Of a stretch of 64,000 nt of DNA, positions 40,925-53,590 are shown one piece after another (position 1 is the stretch's first letter; each line of letters begins with the position of its first letter). Position numbers and translations under genes: made by a program. The stretch is from Octopus bimaculoides. Its lineage: Eukaryota. The stretch covers positions 22,797,793-22,861,792 of the forward strand of contig NC_068982.1 of assembly GCF_001194135.2 (NCBI RefSeq), given 5' to 3'. A model generated the notes under the pieces. That model was not told the origin of the DNA, did not search any database, and saw only the letters and a program-made list of their open reading frames with translations.

Positions 40925-41313
40925 GTGGAGGCGCAATGGCCCAGTGGTTTGGGCAGCGGATTCGCGGTCATAGGATCGCGGTTTCGATTCCTAGACCGGG
41001 CGTTGTGAGTGTTTATTGAGCGAAAACACCTAAAGCTCCATGAGGCTCCGGCAGGGGATGGTGGCGAACCCTGCTGTACTCTTTCACCACAACTTTCTCT
41101 CACTCTTACTTCCTGTTTCTGTTGTACCTGTATTTCAAAGGGTCAGCCTTGTCACACTGTGTCACGCTGAATATCCCCGAGAACTACGTTAAGGGTACAC
41201 GTGTCTGTGGAGTGCTCAGCCGCTTGCACGTTAATTTCACGAGCAGGCTGTTCCGTTGATCAGATCAACTGGAACCCTCGACGTCGTAAGCGACGGAGTG
41301 CCAACAACAACAA
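40925..41313 (+). mobile_element. Family-C tRNA-derived SINE, full-length, with target-site duplication
   Basis: A box tggcccagtgg, B box gtttcgattcc, (CAA)n tail; TSD ttagatgaaa (40915-40924) / ttggatgaaa (41314-41323). Confidence 0.92.
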
Positions 41314-41324
41314 TTGGATGAAAA

Positions 41325-41580
41325 ATTCATACGTTGACCAAGATACTTTTATGGAATATGACCAAATGAGGTTTATTTTTCAACATAGCTTCCCTAGCGG
41401 TTCACACACTTCTTTCATTGGAGAGGCGATGCTTGGACCCAATTGGTGAAGAAGCTTTCACCCTTGATCAAAAAATCATCAACATCAGATATAAAGTCAT
41501 CCCTACTGTGATACTGGTTCCCAGGCAAGTATTTTATCCTGTTGGGGAACAGATGATAGTCAGACGGGGTGAGCCGGACC
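41325..41580 (-). mobile_element. mariner transposase 3' end relic
   Basis: Minus strand retains PSDYHLFP...LPGNQY.S.DDFISDVDDFL and ...YVEK*, following the YSPDLAP motif position. Confidence 0.7.
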
Positions 41581-41919
41581 AGGAGTTATAGTTGCAGTAT
41601 GCTTGCAAAGACGGGGTAATCATGGCTGGAATCCTTTTCAAGCTAGGCTAATTAAAGATGACCTGGAATCAAACAGGAGGGAGAGCCGCAGCAATCTCCG
41701 ATCATCAAGTCAACATTAACATGGATCAATCATCAACAATCACCGAAGCAACACAGCCAAACACGAATTCATACAACCATGAACCCTCATGCACCATTGA
41801 ACCAATGAGGGAGCGTGTATTAGTTGCTCGATCTATTACAAATATCCATCAGATCGTAATTTTATTGTCTTAGAAAAGGGGACGATAGGTGTGTTTCGGT
41901 ATAGACATAGAATACCTGC

Positions 41920-42125
41920 ATAGAATACGGATGAGAAGGCCACGACTGGAATACCTTAGATCATAGGGTTGCCCAGTCACGGTTGATCAGTGTCAACAAT
42001 AAGCAGTCAATCAATCAATCAATCTAAGCATAGAATACAGATGAGAAGGCCACGACTGGAATACCTTAGATCATAGCGTTTCTCAGTCACGGTTGATCAG
42101 TGTCAATCAATCAATCAATCAATCA
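41920..42125 (+). repeat. Tandem duplication (~107-bp unit) of a retroelement-tail-like sequence (family H)
   Basis: gcatagaatac.gatgagaaggccacgactggaataccttagatcatag...cagtcacggttgatcagtgtcaa occurs twice, each followed by (TCAA)n. Related sequence lies at ~41600-41650 and 43790-43872. Confidence 0.8.
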
Positions 42126-42982
42126 ATCACTATTCTCAACTAGCAATTCCGACCAATCACAAACGACCAGTAAACGTTCCCATCTGTCATCAGTCACATT
42201 CGGCTACTATCAACATCTATGAAGCATCACTAGCCAGCAGTTAATCCTATACACTCCCACCAAACACAAGCAACCACCGCTGTCGAGGTTGTCGAGGATG
42301 TGATTGTTCGACCTGATAGAAATAAAAAAAACACACATCTCTTCAATCACACTGCACCGTCATAACAAAAATGTAAAATGTGAATTCCCTGAACATAAAA
42401 ACACCCAAGGTGGTCTCGACTGTGAAACAAACATCTCAATTCGGGTACATTTGGAGTTAAACAACTCCACCACAACCCCACAACCGCCGCCACCGCCGCC
42501 GCCACCGCCACCGCCATCGCCGCCGCCACCACCACCACCACCANNNNNNNNNNNNNNNNNNNNNNNNNNNNNNNNNNNNNNNNNNNNNNGTGATGATGAT
42601 GATGATGATGATTATGATGTTGATATCTGATGAAATAACATTATTATGTACAATACATCACTGTAATTCCCACCCCGGCACATCACTAAACTGCATCATA
42701 TCCTAGTAAACTACATCAACTTGACAACACTAAACGACACTTCCAAATATTTCTCGTTGCTCTATGCTACACAATGATGCACATCACCATGCGCTGTATG
42801 AGCTCTGGTTTTGATTTGGTACCTTAGCTTCTGATTGCATCGCGAGGGCGCCATCGTGACCAGCAGCGTGTTTCGAGCGTCCTTGATAAACATAGTGGAG
42901 CCCATCCCTCTCTACGTCTCATCATGGCAGAATACTTCCAGAGAGAGAGAGAGAGAGGGGGAAGAAGAAGAAAAAGAAGTAA

Positions 42983-43038
<56 letters not shown>

Positions 43039-43160
43039 TAAACCTTTCAATACAGTAAACATAAGAGCACCACAGCAAACCACAGCACATACCCAAGGCG
43101 CACAGAGCTGCGCTCGGTAGTGAAGTGAAAGCACGTTATAAAAATAAAACTACTGAACAA

Positions 43161-43203
<43 letters not shown>

Positions 43204-43370
43204 AATAATAAGAAGAAGAAGAAAAAGAAGAAGATGAAGTAGGAGGAAGAAGAAGAAGAAGAAGAAGAAGAAGAAGAAGAAGAAGAAGAAGAAAAAGAAG
43301 AAGAAGAAGAAGAAGAAGAAACTGGATTTGATTGTAAGAAACTGAAAGAAGTTCGTCATACGTACATACA

Positions 43371-43407
<37 letters not shown>

Positions 43408-43454
43408 GTCTGTCTGTCTGTCTATAATGTCATATATATATATGTATGTATCTA

Positions 43455-43695
43455 TGTGTGTTTGTCTCTGTGTCTGTGTTTGTCTCCCACCACCACTTGC
43501 TTGACAACGAGTGTTGGTATGTTTTGTCCCCGTAACTTAGCGATTCGGCAAAGACACCGATAGAATAAATACTAGGTTTTAAAAAAAACAAAAAAAAACA
43601 AATCTTGGGGTCGACTTGTTTGAATAAAACCCTTCAATGCGCTGCTCCAGCATGACCACAGTCAAGTGACTGAAACAAACAAAAGATAAAAAGTT
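43455..43695 (+). mobile_element. Family-A SINE 3' half
   Basis: gtgtttgtctcccaccaccacttgcttgacaacg...ccgatagaataaatactagg...ctccagcatgacc. Confidence 0.8.
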
Positions 43696-43721
43696 AAAGA
43701 ATAATGTATATATACAAAGGG

Positions 43722-43776
<55 letters not shown>

Positions 43777-44108
43777 GCATGAACAGAGAAGGACGTGAGG
43801 GTCATGGTCAGTATGCCTTGGATCATAATCCTGCTGGATCGATGTTGACATGATGGGATGAAACAACAACAATGCACAGAAAAAACAACAGGTTTGGATT
43901 ACAAACGACATGTGTTGACATGCAACTTGCATATTGTAGTAATTATTGCTCTCATCTCAACCTGCATAATTCCCACCACCACCACCACCAATACCTACCT
44001 ACCTACCTACCTACCTACCTAATTAACCAATACAACCGCAAAGATAACGATGAAAACAAGCCCCACAGCCGCCAGCACTATTACGCACACCGTTATATCT
44101 ATCCATCC

Positions 44109-44159
<51 letters not shown>

Positions 44160-44220
44160 GCTTTTCCCTTCTCTCACTGTATACATACATACATACATAC
44201 ATACATACACGTATACGTAC

Positions 44221-44347
44221 ATACAAAGAAAAATACCCTGTTGTTGATACTGAAATCCCCCCCCCCCCAAAAAAAAACCTTGGGTCTAGGTTAGAAACCG
44301 GTTCTTTCCCTATTGGCAAGAAATCTTGAAATAAACTGAATAATGAC
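44221..44347 (+). mobile_element. Third R4/Dong-like 3'-UTR fragment in (TACA)n
   Basis: aataccctgttgttgat...tctaggttagaaaccggttctttccctattggcaagaaatcttgaaataaactgaataatgac matches the reverse complement of 3315-3430. Confidence 0.8.
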
Positions 44348-44373
44348 ATACATACATACACACTCATACATTG

Positions 44374-44439
<66 letters not shown>

Positions 44440-46029
44440 ATACACATATAAACGGTGAAAGCCCATATGCGGTGTTTCGATGTACAAGAAAGAGCAGACA
44501 CATCTTACACTAGTAAAAACAGCTAACAACATAAAAAGAATTAAAATGCCGGATGATATGGTCCCCGGTTCACTTCAGACAGAAAAGAAAAGAATTGATT
44601 GATCACAAATGAAACACGATCTAGTGTATTTGATGTTAGCTCTGTTCGATCAAGGCAAAGTGAGGGAGGCTTGCCTGCTATTTCTAACAATTTGAATGAT
44701 TGCGCAGAGGCTCAGTCATTCCCTGTCATTGTTTTTGATGGTTCCCGAGTTATTCACGCGGCAACTTCAAGCGTCAGCGTCATCAACACCCCCAGCCATA
44801 ATTAGGACGAATGTACTACTATCGGTCGACCGAAACCAATTTTTCTTACCTAAAACTACATCCACCAGCACGACTGACACCACCTCTACTACTAGTACGA
44901 GCATCACCGCCAGCCCACACTACCCCCCGCGCCCTCGAGCAGCAACGACCACATAAAATCATGCATCAACCACAACGACTACAGATAACTCTACCTACTA
45001 AAGCACCTGTACAAAACAATCTCGACTGTAAGCGATAGCATAATCAAGTACAACTGTCACTGGTAGTAACAAAACCACCAGCACCAGCACCAGCACCGCC
45101 ACCCCCACTGCTACCGCCACCTCCGTCGCCGCCACCTCCGCCGCCACTGCCACCGGCACCTCCGCCGTCTCCACCTCCNNNNNNNNNNNNNNNNNNNNNN
45201 NNNNNNNNNNNNNNNNNNNNNNNNNNNNNNNNNNNNNNNNNNNNNNNNNNNNNNNNNNNNNNNNNNNNNNNNNNNNNNNNNNNNNNNNNNNNNNNNNNNN
45301 NNNNNNNNNNNNNNNNNNNNNNNNNNNNNNNNNNNNNNNNNNNNNNNNNNNNNNNNNNNNNNNNNNNNNNNNNNNNNNNNNNNNNNNNNNNNNNNNNNNN
45401 NNNNNNNNNNNNNNNNNNNNNNNNNNNNNNNNNNNNNNNNNNNNNNNNNNNNNNNNNNNNNNNNNNNNNNNNNNNNNNNNNNNNNNNNNNNNNNNNNNNN
45501 NNNNNNNNNNNNNNNNNNNNNNNNNNNNNNNNNNNNNNNNNNNNNNNNNNNNNNNNNNNNNNNNNNNNNNNNNNNNNNNNNNNNNNNNNNNNNNNNNNNN
45601 NNNNNNNNNNNNNNNNNNNNNNNNNNNNNNNNNNNNNNNNNNNNNNNNNNNNACCACCACCACCAATACCACCACCACGAAGTCCATCTTTTACTGCTGC
45701 ATATATCTTTCCCCGCCCGGCGTACAAACACACAAACGTCAAACAATCCATCGATCCAGCAATTCTCCGTATCCCATGGTTACGATTTTCTCAAGTAAAC
45801 ATGATTTTGCCCGTAAAAAAAATCAATGTTATCTGTTGACATCTTTTTGTTTAGCTACTGTTTTGCTGCTTAGCGCAAAAATCGATACATGTATTGCATA
45901 TGTAGCTATATACACGTATACACACACACCACTCACACACACACATACATGCACAAATATATTTACACACGCACACATATTTACGTATGCACATACACAT
46001 ATTTATATGCATGCATAAATTTTGTTCTT

Positions 46030-46200
46030 TTACTGGTTAGCTGTTTGACTGAGGCCATGCTGGAGCACCGTATTTAGTCGAACGAATCGACCCCAGTACT
46101 TATTCTTTGTTAACCTTGTACTTATTCTATCGTTCTCTTTCAGGGACGTAAACACACCAATATCGGCTGTCAAGTGACGGTGGGGGTGGGACAAACACAT
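46030..46200 (-). mobile_element. Family-A SINE 3' half with internal deletion
   Basis: gccatgctggagcaccg...tagtcgaacgaatcgacccc...gggacgtaaacacacc. Confidence 0.8.
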
Positions 46201-46212
46201 AAACATGCCCAG

Positions 46213-46258
<46 letters not shown>

Positions 46259-46664
46259 NNNNNNNNNNTATATATACACATATACATATATATTCGTAAC
46301 ATATCTATCCTTTATATCATTTGCATCACATATGTTTGCACGCAGACATATATTTATGTGTGTGTGCTTGTGTATGTGTGTGTATGTGTGCGTGTGTATG
46401 CATATACATCCAGCAAAACACACCTACCTACGCATATAAGTTCATACGTTCGCATGTATAAATTTTATATTCATGGTCGTATACACACATGTGTAAGTGA
46501 ATGATGTTGTTTCATATATTTATGAATGCTGTCGTTAGAGAAGATGTCAGATATAGTTTTGTTATCGAAATATATAAACAGTTATATAAATATATATACG
46601 CTCGTAAACACCGTGTATACATCCACGCATGTGTCTCACTTTGCTTACATACACTATATTTAAA

Positions 46665-46691
46665 TTAATAATAATAATAATAATAATGATG

Positions 46692-46728
<37 letters not shown>

Positions 46729-46752
46729 GTCAAACATAAAAGTCAAACATAA

Positions 46753-46787
<35 letters not shown>

Positions 46788-46828
46788 GTCAAACACAAAA
46801 GTCAAACATAAAATAATAATAATAATAA
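46665..46828. repeat. (AAT)n array punctuated by paired 13-bp gtcaaacataaaa units
   Basis: The block [(AAT)n-gtcaaacataaaa x2] occurs twice. Confidence 0.9.
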
Positions 46829-46989
46829 CAGAGAATCATAAATTTCACTTATATATTTTGATTGTACTCAACAACTGTTTCATGAAGATAAACATCATTA
46901 AATGTACAATTTATAAGCTATCCTACACTGAAATCCACATGAATATACTCACAAATATACAGCGAGAGGGAGATATTCCAACACATAGA

Positions 46990-47020
<31 letters not shown>

Positions 47021-47759
47021 NNNNNNNNNNNNNNNNNNNNNNNNNNNNNNNNNNNNNNNNNNNNNNNNNNNNNNNNNNNNNNNNNNNNNNNNNNNNNNNN
47101 NNNNNNNNNNNNNNNNNNNNNNNNNNNNNNNNNNNNNNNNNNNNNNNNNNNNNNNNNNNNNNNNNNNNNNNNNNNNNNNNNNNNNNNNNNNNNNNNNNNN
47201 NNNNNNNNNNNNNNNNNNNNNNNNNNNNNNNNNNNNNNNNNNNNNNNNNNNNNNNNNNNNNNNNNNNNNNNNNNNNNNNNNNNNNNNNNNNNNNNNNNNN
47301 NNNNNNNNNNNNNNNNNNNNNNNNNNNNNNNNNNNNNNNNNNNNNNNNNNNNNNNNNNNNNNNNNNNNNNNNNNNNNNNNNNNNNNNNNNNNNNNNNNNN
47401 NNNNNNNNNNNNNNNNNNNNNNNNNNNNNNNNNNNNNNNNNNNNNNNNNNNNNNNNNNNNNNNNNNNNNNNNNNNNNNNNNNNNNNNNNNNNNNNNNNNN
47501 NNNNNNNNNNNNNNNNNNNNNNNNNNNNNNNNNNNNNNNNNNNNNNNNNNNNNNNNNNNNNNNNNNNNNNNNNNNNNNNNNNNNNNNNNNNNNNNNNNNN
47601 NNNNNNNNNNNNNNNNNNNNNNNNNNNNNNNNNNNNNNNNNNNNNNNNNNNNNNNNNNNNNNNNNNNNNNNNNNNNNNNNNNNNNNNNNNNNNNNNNNNN
47701 NNNNNNNNNNNNNNNNNNNNNNNNNNNNNNNNNNNNNNNNNNATATATATATATATATA

Positions 47760-47928
47760 TGGATGTTTGTTTGTGTGTCTGTGTTTGTCCCCTCACCATC
47801 ACTTGACAACCGATGCTGGTGTGTTTACATCCCCGTAACTTAGCGGTTCGGCAAAAAGAGACCGATAGAATAGGTACTAGGCTCACAAAGAGTAAGTCCT
47901 GGGGTCGATTTGCTCGACTAAAGGCGGT
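47760..47928 (+). mobile_element. Family-A SINE 3' part, truncated at aggcggtg
   Basis: Motif match to other A copies. Confidence 0.85.
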
Positions 47929-49699
47929 GAATTTTTCTGCCTCTTCTACTTACCGTTCATAATAATTATTTTTCTATCGTCTTGGCTCAACAGCCCTCAC
48001 CGTTTGCTTTTATTGTCGTGTTTTTACTTGGTTTTACTGTTTTTTATTGTTTTTACTGTATTGTTTTTACTATCTTGTACTCACTGTTCTGTTCTTGTTA
48101 ACACTTTCGCCCTCCGCAAAAAATTCTAAATTATATTTAATTTGCTTTGCAGGAGGATTGTTCCAACGAAGTCGAGTATTGTCCTTGCCTTCGAAACGCG
48201 GAGTAGATGGACAGGGACAACTGACGAAGGGATATACTCTTTATGTTGCATGTCTCGTTTCTCTTTTCTTTTTCGTTGTTGGAAAAAAGTTCGTTTTTTG
48301 TCTTTGTTTTTCGTTTCTCATTGTGTTTAACATTTTTTTTTTTATGTCCTGTAGCCATATATGCATGTATGTATACATTTAGATGTAGGTATGTACATAT
48401 ATGTATGGAAATATGCATATATCTATATTATATATACACACACACACACACATATATATATNNNNNNNNNNNNNNNNNNNNNNNNNNNNNNNNNNNNNNN
48501 NNNNNNNNNNNNNNNNNNNNNNNNNNNNNNNNNNNNNNNNNNNNNNNNNNNNNNNNNNNNNNNNNNNNNNNNNNNNNNNNNNNNNNNNNNNNNNNNNNNN
48601 NNNNNNNNNNNNNNNNNNNNNNNNNNNNNNNNNNNNNNNNNNNNNNNNNNNNNNNNNNNNNNNNNNNNNNNNNNNNNNNNNNNNNNNNNNNNNNNNNNNN
48701 NNNNNNNNNNNNNNNNNNNNNNNNNNNNNNNNNNNNNNNNNNNNNNNNNNNNNNNNNNNNNNNNNNNNNNNNNNNNNNNNNNNNNNNNNNNNNNNNNNNN
48801 NNNNNNNNNNNNNNNNNNNNNNNNNNNNNNNNNNNNNNNNNNNNNNNNNNNNNNNNNNNNNNNNNNNNNNNNNNNNNNNNNNNNNNNNNNNNNNNNNNNN
48901 NNNNNNNNNNNNNNNNNNNNNNNNNNNNNNNNNNNNNNNNNNNNNNNNNNNNNNNNNNNNNNNNNNNNNNNNNNNNNNNNNNNNNNNNNNNNNNNNNNNN
49001 NNNNNNNNNNNNNNNNNNNNNNNNNNNNNNNNNNNNNNNNNNNNNNNNNNNNNNNNNNNNNNNNNNNNNNNNNNNNNNNNNNNNNNNNNNNNNNNNNNNN
49101 NNNNNNNNNNNNNNNNNNNNNNNNNNNNNNNNNNNNNNNNNNNNNNNNNNNNNNNNNNNNNNNNNNNNNNNNNNNNNNNNNNNNNNNNNNNNNNNNNNNN
49201 NNNNNNNNNNNNNNNNNNNNNNNNNNNNNNNNNNNNNNNNNNNNNNNNNNNNNNNNNNNNNNNNNATATTCATGAATTACGTATATCTCTCTCAGTATAT
49301 ACTCTTAGACCTACCATCCACAAATACATATATATGCACACGCATACATACATCAATACTTAAGTTGCGTATATGCGTCTTCAAATATAATTAAATACTC
49401 ATCTGCAAAAAAAGAAAAAAAGAAGTAATTTCAAATTTAAATAAGACGAATAAAAATACGAACTATAGAACATACAAAAATATACTTATATGTTCATATG
49501 TGTTGGCGTATATATTTAGATGTACAAAATATATTGTAAATAACTTAAGTATAGAGATAAATCTAAATGTTAAAGTTTAGTTAAACCAATAATATAAACT
49601 AAAAATCTCATTGTAATAATATTAAGATTGCAGTTCTGATTATGAATGCCAGTTATTCTATGAAAGAAAAGAGGACATATTTATACCTGCTCGTTTATT

Positions 49700-50675
49700 A
49701 TATGTAGAGACGCTATTATCTGATATATGGCTGTTGCTCACGCAGAGATAGCTCTGCAACTCATCACCTCTTGTTTTACGGAAACTGCTCTGCATTTTGG
49801 CCTAGAAAACACACATCCCCCACCAACCCTCATCACAGCAATATTAACACCTCTCTTCCATCATCGTCGGGGTGACTGAATTAAAATAAGTTCTCCTACC
49901 TGGAGTGGATCATCCTGACAAATGCCATAATCGACAAGGAAGTCGACAACAAGCTGACCAAGACAAACAGTGTCCAGAACAATAACTATGTGAAGAAAAG
50001 GACCAAGATCAATGTGTACAGAGGAGTTACTCTGACCACCCTCTTGTATGGCTCAGAATCGTGGATTATCTATCGGCACCACCTACAATTCCTTGATTGA
50101 TTCCATTAGTTCTGCCTTTGCATCATCATCCGCATCCACTGGAGTGGCTTTGTTACTAACATCGAAGTCCTAAAGCAGGTAAAAGTCAGCAGCAGTAGTA
50201 GCAGTAGCAGCAACAGTAGCGAAGCTACTCTGCTGACCGCACCGATACACTGGGCTAAACGGGCTCAAGGATGGAGGATCACCGACTTCACAAGAGCTCT
50301 GTTGTGATAGAGGAGCACAAACAAAAGGTACAAAGACTACCGAAAGAAATTCTACGGAGCCTGTTACATTGATCATTACCAGTAGTCTGTTCTTGCTACT
50401 GACCGTGAAGGTTGACCTTTCACTGTCCTCCGGACAACGGCCTCTTTTGAAGACACCCACAGGACAATCCTTGCAGGCAACAGGAAAAACAATCTTCTCC
50501 AATCTTCACCAACCAATCTTCACCAACCTATCTTCCCATGCAACCTCAGGGTTCTTGCCTGATTGTCTCGAATCGGACTTGTCAGGTATTAGCAAGTCTG
50601 AAATAGACTTGGAAATCCCTATCCGTAAATCTTCGCCCGAAAAACCAAGCCAAGCCAAACCAAACCAAGCCAAGC
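49700..50675 (+). mobile_element. Decayed RTE-clade (BovB-like) LINE: RT C-terminus and 3' end with (CCAAG)n tail
   Basis: Recognisable segments VAHAEIALQLITSCFTETA, FSYL..II..NAIIDKEVDNKL, TKINVYRGVTLTTLLYGSESWIIYRHHL, IHWSGFVTNIEVL and RMEDHRL; 3' end aaatcttcgcccgaaaaaccaagccaagcc. Confidence 0.85.
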
Positions 50676-51049
50676 ATGTATTCAGATACAGTTACGACGG
50701 AAATAACAGTATGGAAGACAAAGTGAAAAGTAAGTATACGTAATTATAAATTTAATTTTCAATGAAATGTTGGTTTTAAATTTTAGCACAATTTCAATGA
50801 AATATTAATAAAGAGGAAGAGTTTTAGTCCTTTCCAGCATGAAATCTCTTCAGTATATATTGGGAAGAATGAAGAACTTTATAGGATGGAAAGAACCAAC
50901 GGTAATATATGTATATAGAAACACAGTTACAAATGAGTGGCTTTATACGCTAGGTTTTGTTTCTTTCGACAAATGCAGTAAGAAATTCCAAGGAGTATTT
51001 TGCAATTTAACTCATTCGAATTAATCCTGTTAGCTCTTTTCTTTCTTCT

Positions 51050-51395
51050 TATCCCTGGTTCGAATTCCGCAGAGATCGACTTAGCATCTCATCCTTTTGA
51101 GGTCGATAAAATGAAACTGAGGGTTCTTGCCTGGTTGTCTCGAATCGGACTTGTCAGGTATTAGCAAGTCTGAAACAGACTTGGAAATCCCTATCCGTAA
51201 ATCTTCGCCTGAAAAACCAAGCCAAGCCAAACCAAGCCAAGCCAAGCATGTATTCAGATACAGTTACGACGGAAATAACAATATGGAAGACAAAGTGTAA
51301 AGTCGATAAAATTAAACACTGGGAGCAACCTAATCAATTTACCTCTCTCTTAAATTGCTGGCCTTGTGCCAAAATTTGAAACCATTATTATCCCT
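51050..51395 (+). mobile_element. Family-B SINE split by a 178-bp locally templated insertion
   Basis: B head/core at 51050-51119; the B core and type-2 tail resume at 51301. Confidence 0.7.
51120..51297 (+). repeat. 178-bp direct duplicate of 50548-50725 (RTE 3' end plus flank)
   Basis: About 5 mismatches by eye between the two copies. Confidence 0.92.
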
Positions 51396-51809
51396 AGTTT
51401 GTTTTAATCGTAATTATGCTTACAGTTTTCTAACTGCTTTAAATACCTATTTGCCTATCAGCAGGCTTGAGTAGACCACAATAACAGACGAATAGTTTTA
51501 ATATACCAAAACTTATGTTTAAGATTGTCGATTGTCTATAAACAAATATCTGACTGTTCTTACCGCAATCATATGAAATCGATCGAGAAATTTATTTTTA
51601 ATTTCTTCAAATTATCTGTAAAAACACTTGAGAGCCAATAATTAACAATTGGCTTGAGATTTTGTTAATTTGCTTAAACTCGGGGAACAAATTTCAATAA
51701 ATTAAAAATTCATTGCATTCATCAATCAGTGCACTATCACCCGTTTAACTTAATTATCCTAATTCATAGGTATTAACTCCTTTGAGTAATTTCCTATAAA
51801 TACATACAT

Positions 51810-51844
<35 letters not shown>

Positions 51845-51965
51845 GAGGCGTTGGTGTGGCCGTGTGGTAAGGAGTTTGCTTCCTAAGCACATGGTTCCTG
51901 GTACGAGCCTACTACGAGGTACTACGGCACTACTCTTTTACTTTTACTAGTTTCAGTCATTTGAA
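51845..51965 (+). mobile_element. Family-A head (+) fused to a family-A tail tip (-)
   Basis: ggcgttggtgtggccgtgtggtaagg...catggttcctgg, followed by tactcttttacttttactagtttcagtcatttga. Confidence 0.65.
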
Positions 51966-52044
51966 GCATGCACACACACACACACACACATACACAAACA
52001 CACACACACACGCATATGTGTATGTATGTATGTATGTATGTATA

Positions 52045-52543
52045 TACAAATATAAGAGAAACGACCACCAAAGTGGATTCCTAATATGCTAAAGATAGAC
52101 CTCAAATCGCCTTACCACGAAGAGTGTGTTCTCAAGAAAAATTTCAGCAAACGCCAAAATGTAAAAATGAGCAAGACAAATGAAAATATATGAAATGAAA
52201 AGATTACCTACGTACCGTGGTTTCACTTGCTAATATTTACGAATGTAAATATCTGCAAACTCTTCAGCGTAGTCTGTCGCTTACAAAACACAATTTCCAG
52301 AACTAGACACAGAATGCTCACCCGAAAGAGAACAAGTATATAGATCTGCAAATTATATTTGAGTGTATCTTTCAAATGTCTTCATTTTGGCGCGCTGCGA
52401 CCGGAAATAACTCTGCAGTTAATAAACATTCTGGCGTTTGCTGAAAGTTTCCTTGAAAACACACTTTTGGTGGTAAAGCCACTTGACGTCTACCTTTAGC
52501 ATATTAGGAATCTACTTTGGTGGTCGTTCCTCTTATATTTGTA
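52045..52543. mobile_element. MITE with long (~120-bp) terminal inverted repeats, TA-bounded
   Basis: tacaaatataagagaaacgaccaccaaagtggattcctaatatgctaaag...ttcagcaaacgcca mirrors tggcgtttgctgaa...ctttagcatattaggaatctactttggtggtcgttcctcttatatttgta. Confidence 0.85.
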
Positions 52544-52722
52544 TGTAATATATTTAATCTTCTGACTTTTTAAAAATATGCTAACCCACTGGTTTTAATT
52601 GACGTTAATTGATTAATATCAATTTGCACCCACATTATTTAATTTATATATATATGTATATATATATTGTTGTATTTGGAGATGGTCATGTTGCCAGTTT
52701 AGCCAATAATCTTGCAAAACAA

Positions 52723-52758
<36 letters not shown>

Positions 52759-53170
52759 NNNNNNNNNNNNNNNNNNNNNNNNNNNNNNNNNNNNNNNNNN
52801 NNNNNNNNNNNNNNNNNNNNNNNNNNNNNNNNNNNNNNNNNNNNNNNNNNNNNNNNNNNNNNNNNNNNNNNNNNNNNNNNNNNNNNNNNNNNNNNNNNNN
52901 NNNNNNNNNNNNNNNNNNNNNNNNNNNNNNNNNNNNNNNNNNNNNNNNNNNNNNNNNNNNNNNNNNNNNNNNNNNNNNNNNNNNNNNNNNNNNNNNNNNN
53001 NNNNNNNNNNNNNNNNNNNNNNNNNNNNNNNNNNNNNNNNNNNNNNNNNNNNNNNNNNNNNNNNNNNNNNNNNNNNNNNNNNNNNNNNNNNNNNNNNNNN
53101 NNNNNNNNNNNNNNNNNNNNNNNNNNNNNNNNNNNNNNNNNNNNNNNNNNNNNNNNNNNNNNNNNNNNNN

Positions 53171-53234
<64 letters not shown>

Positions 53235-53543
53235 CTGTGTGTGCCTGTGCGTGTGTGTGTATATGTGTACATGTTTCGTTTTTGTATTTGGTTTGCAAGA
53301 TTCTTTATGTGACAAAATCGAAACATGTACACACACACACATACACACACATTTATATATATGTATACATACATCCGTATATGTATATGTATGTATATGT
53401 GTGTATATAGACATACACAAACGTATACCGGATATACATGAACACACAAACACCCAGAAATGTACAGCTAATGCATGCGCATTCCTGTAAGTGAGCGTCA
53501 ATATGAACCTGGCTGCATGTTAATATCTTTATACGCCCCCCCC

Positions 53544-53590
<47 letters not shown>

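Noticed and set aside
50549-50736. Apparent exon (ctcag|...AAAA|gtaagt) inside ORF 50369-50743
   Set aside because: The sequence is the RTE 3' end with a (CCAAG)n tail; the splice signals are probably coincidental, though exonisation cannot be excluded.
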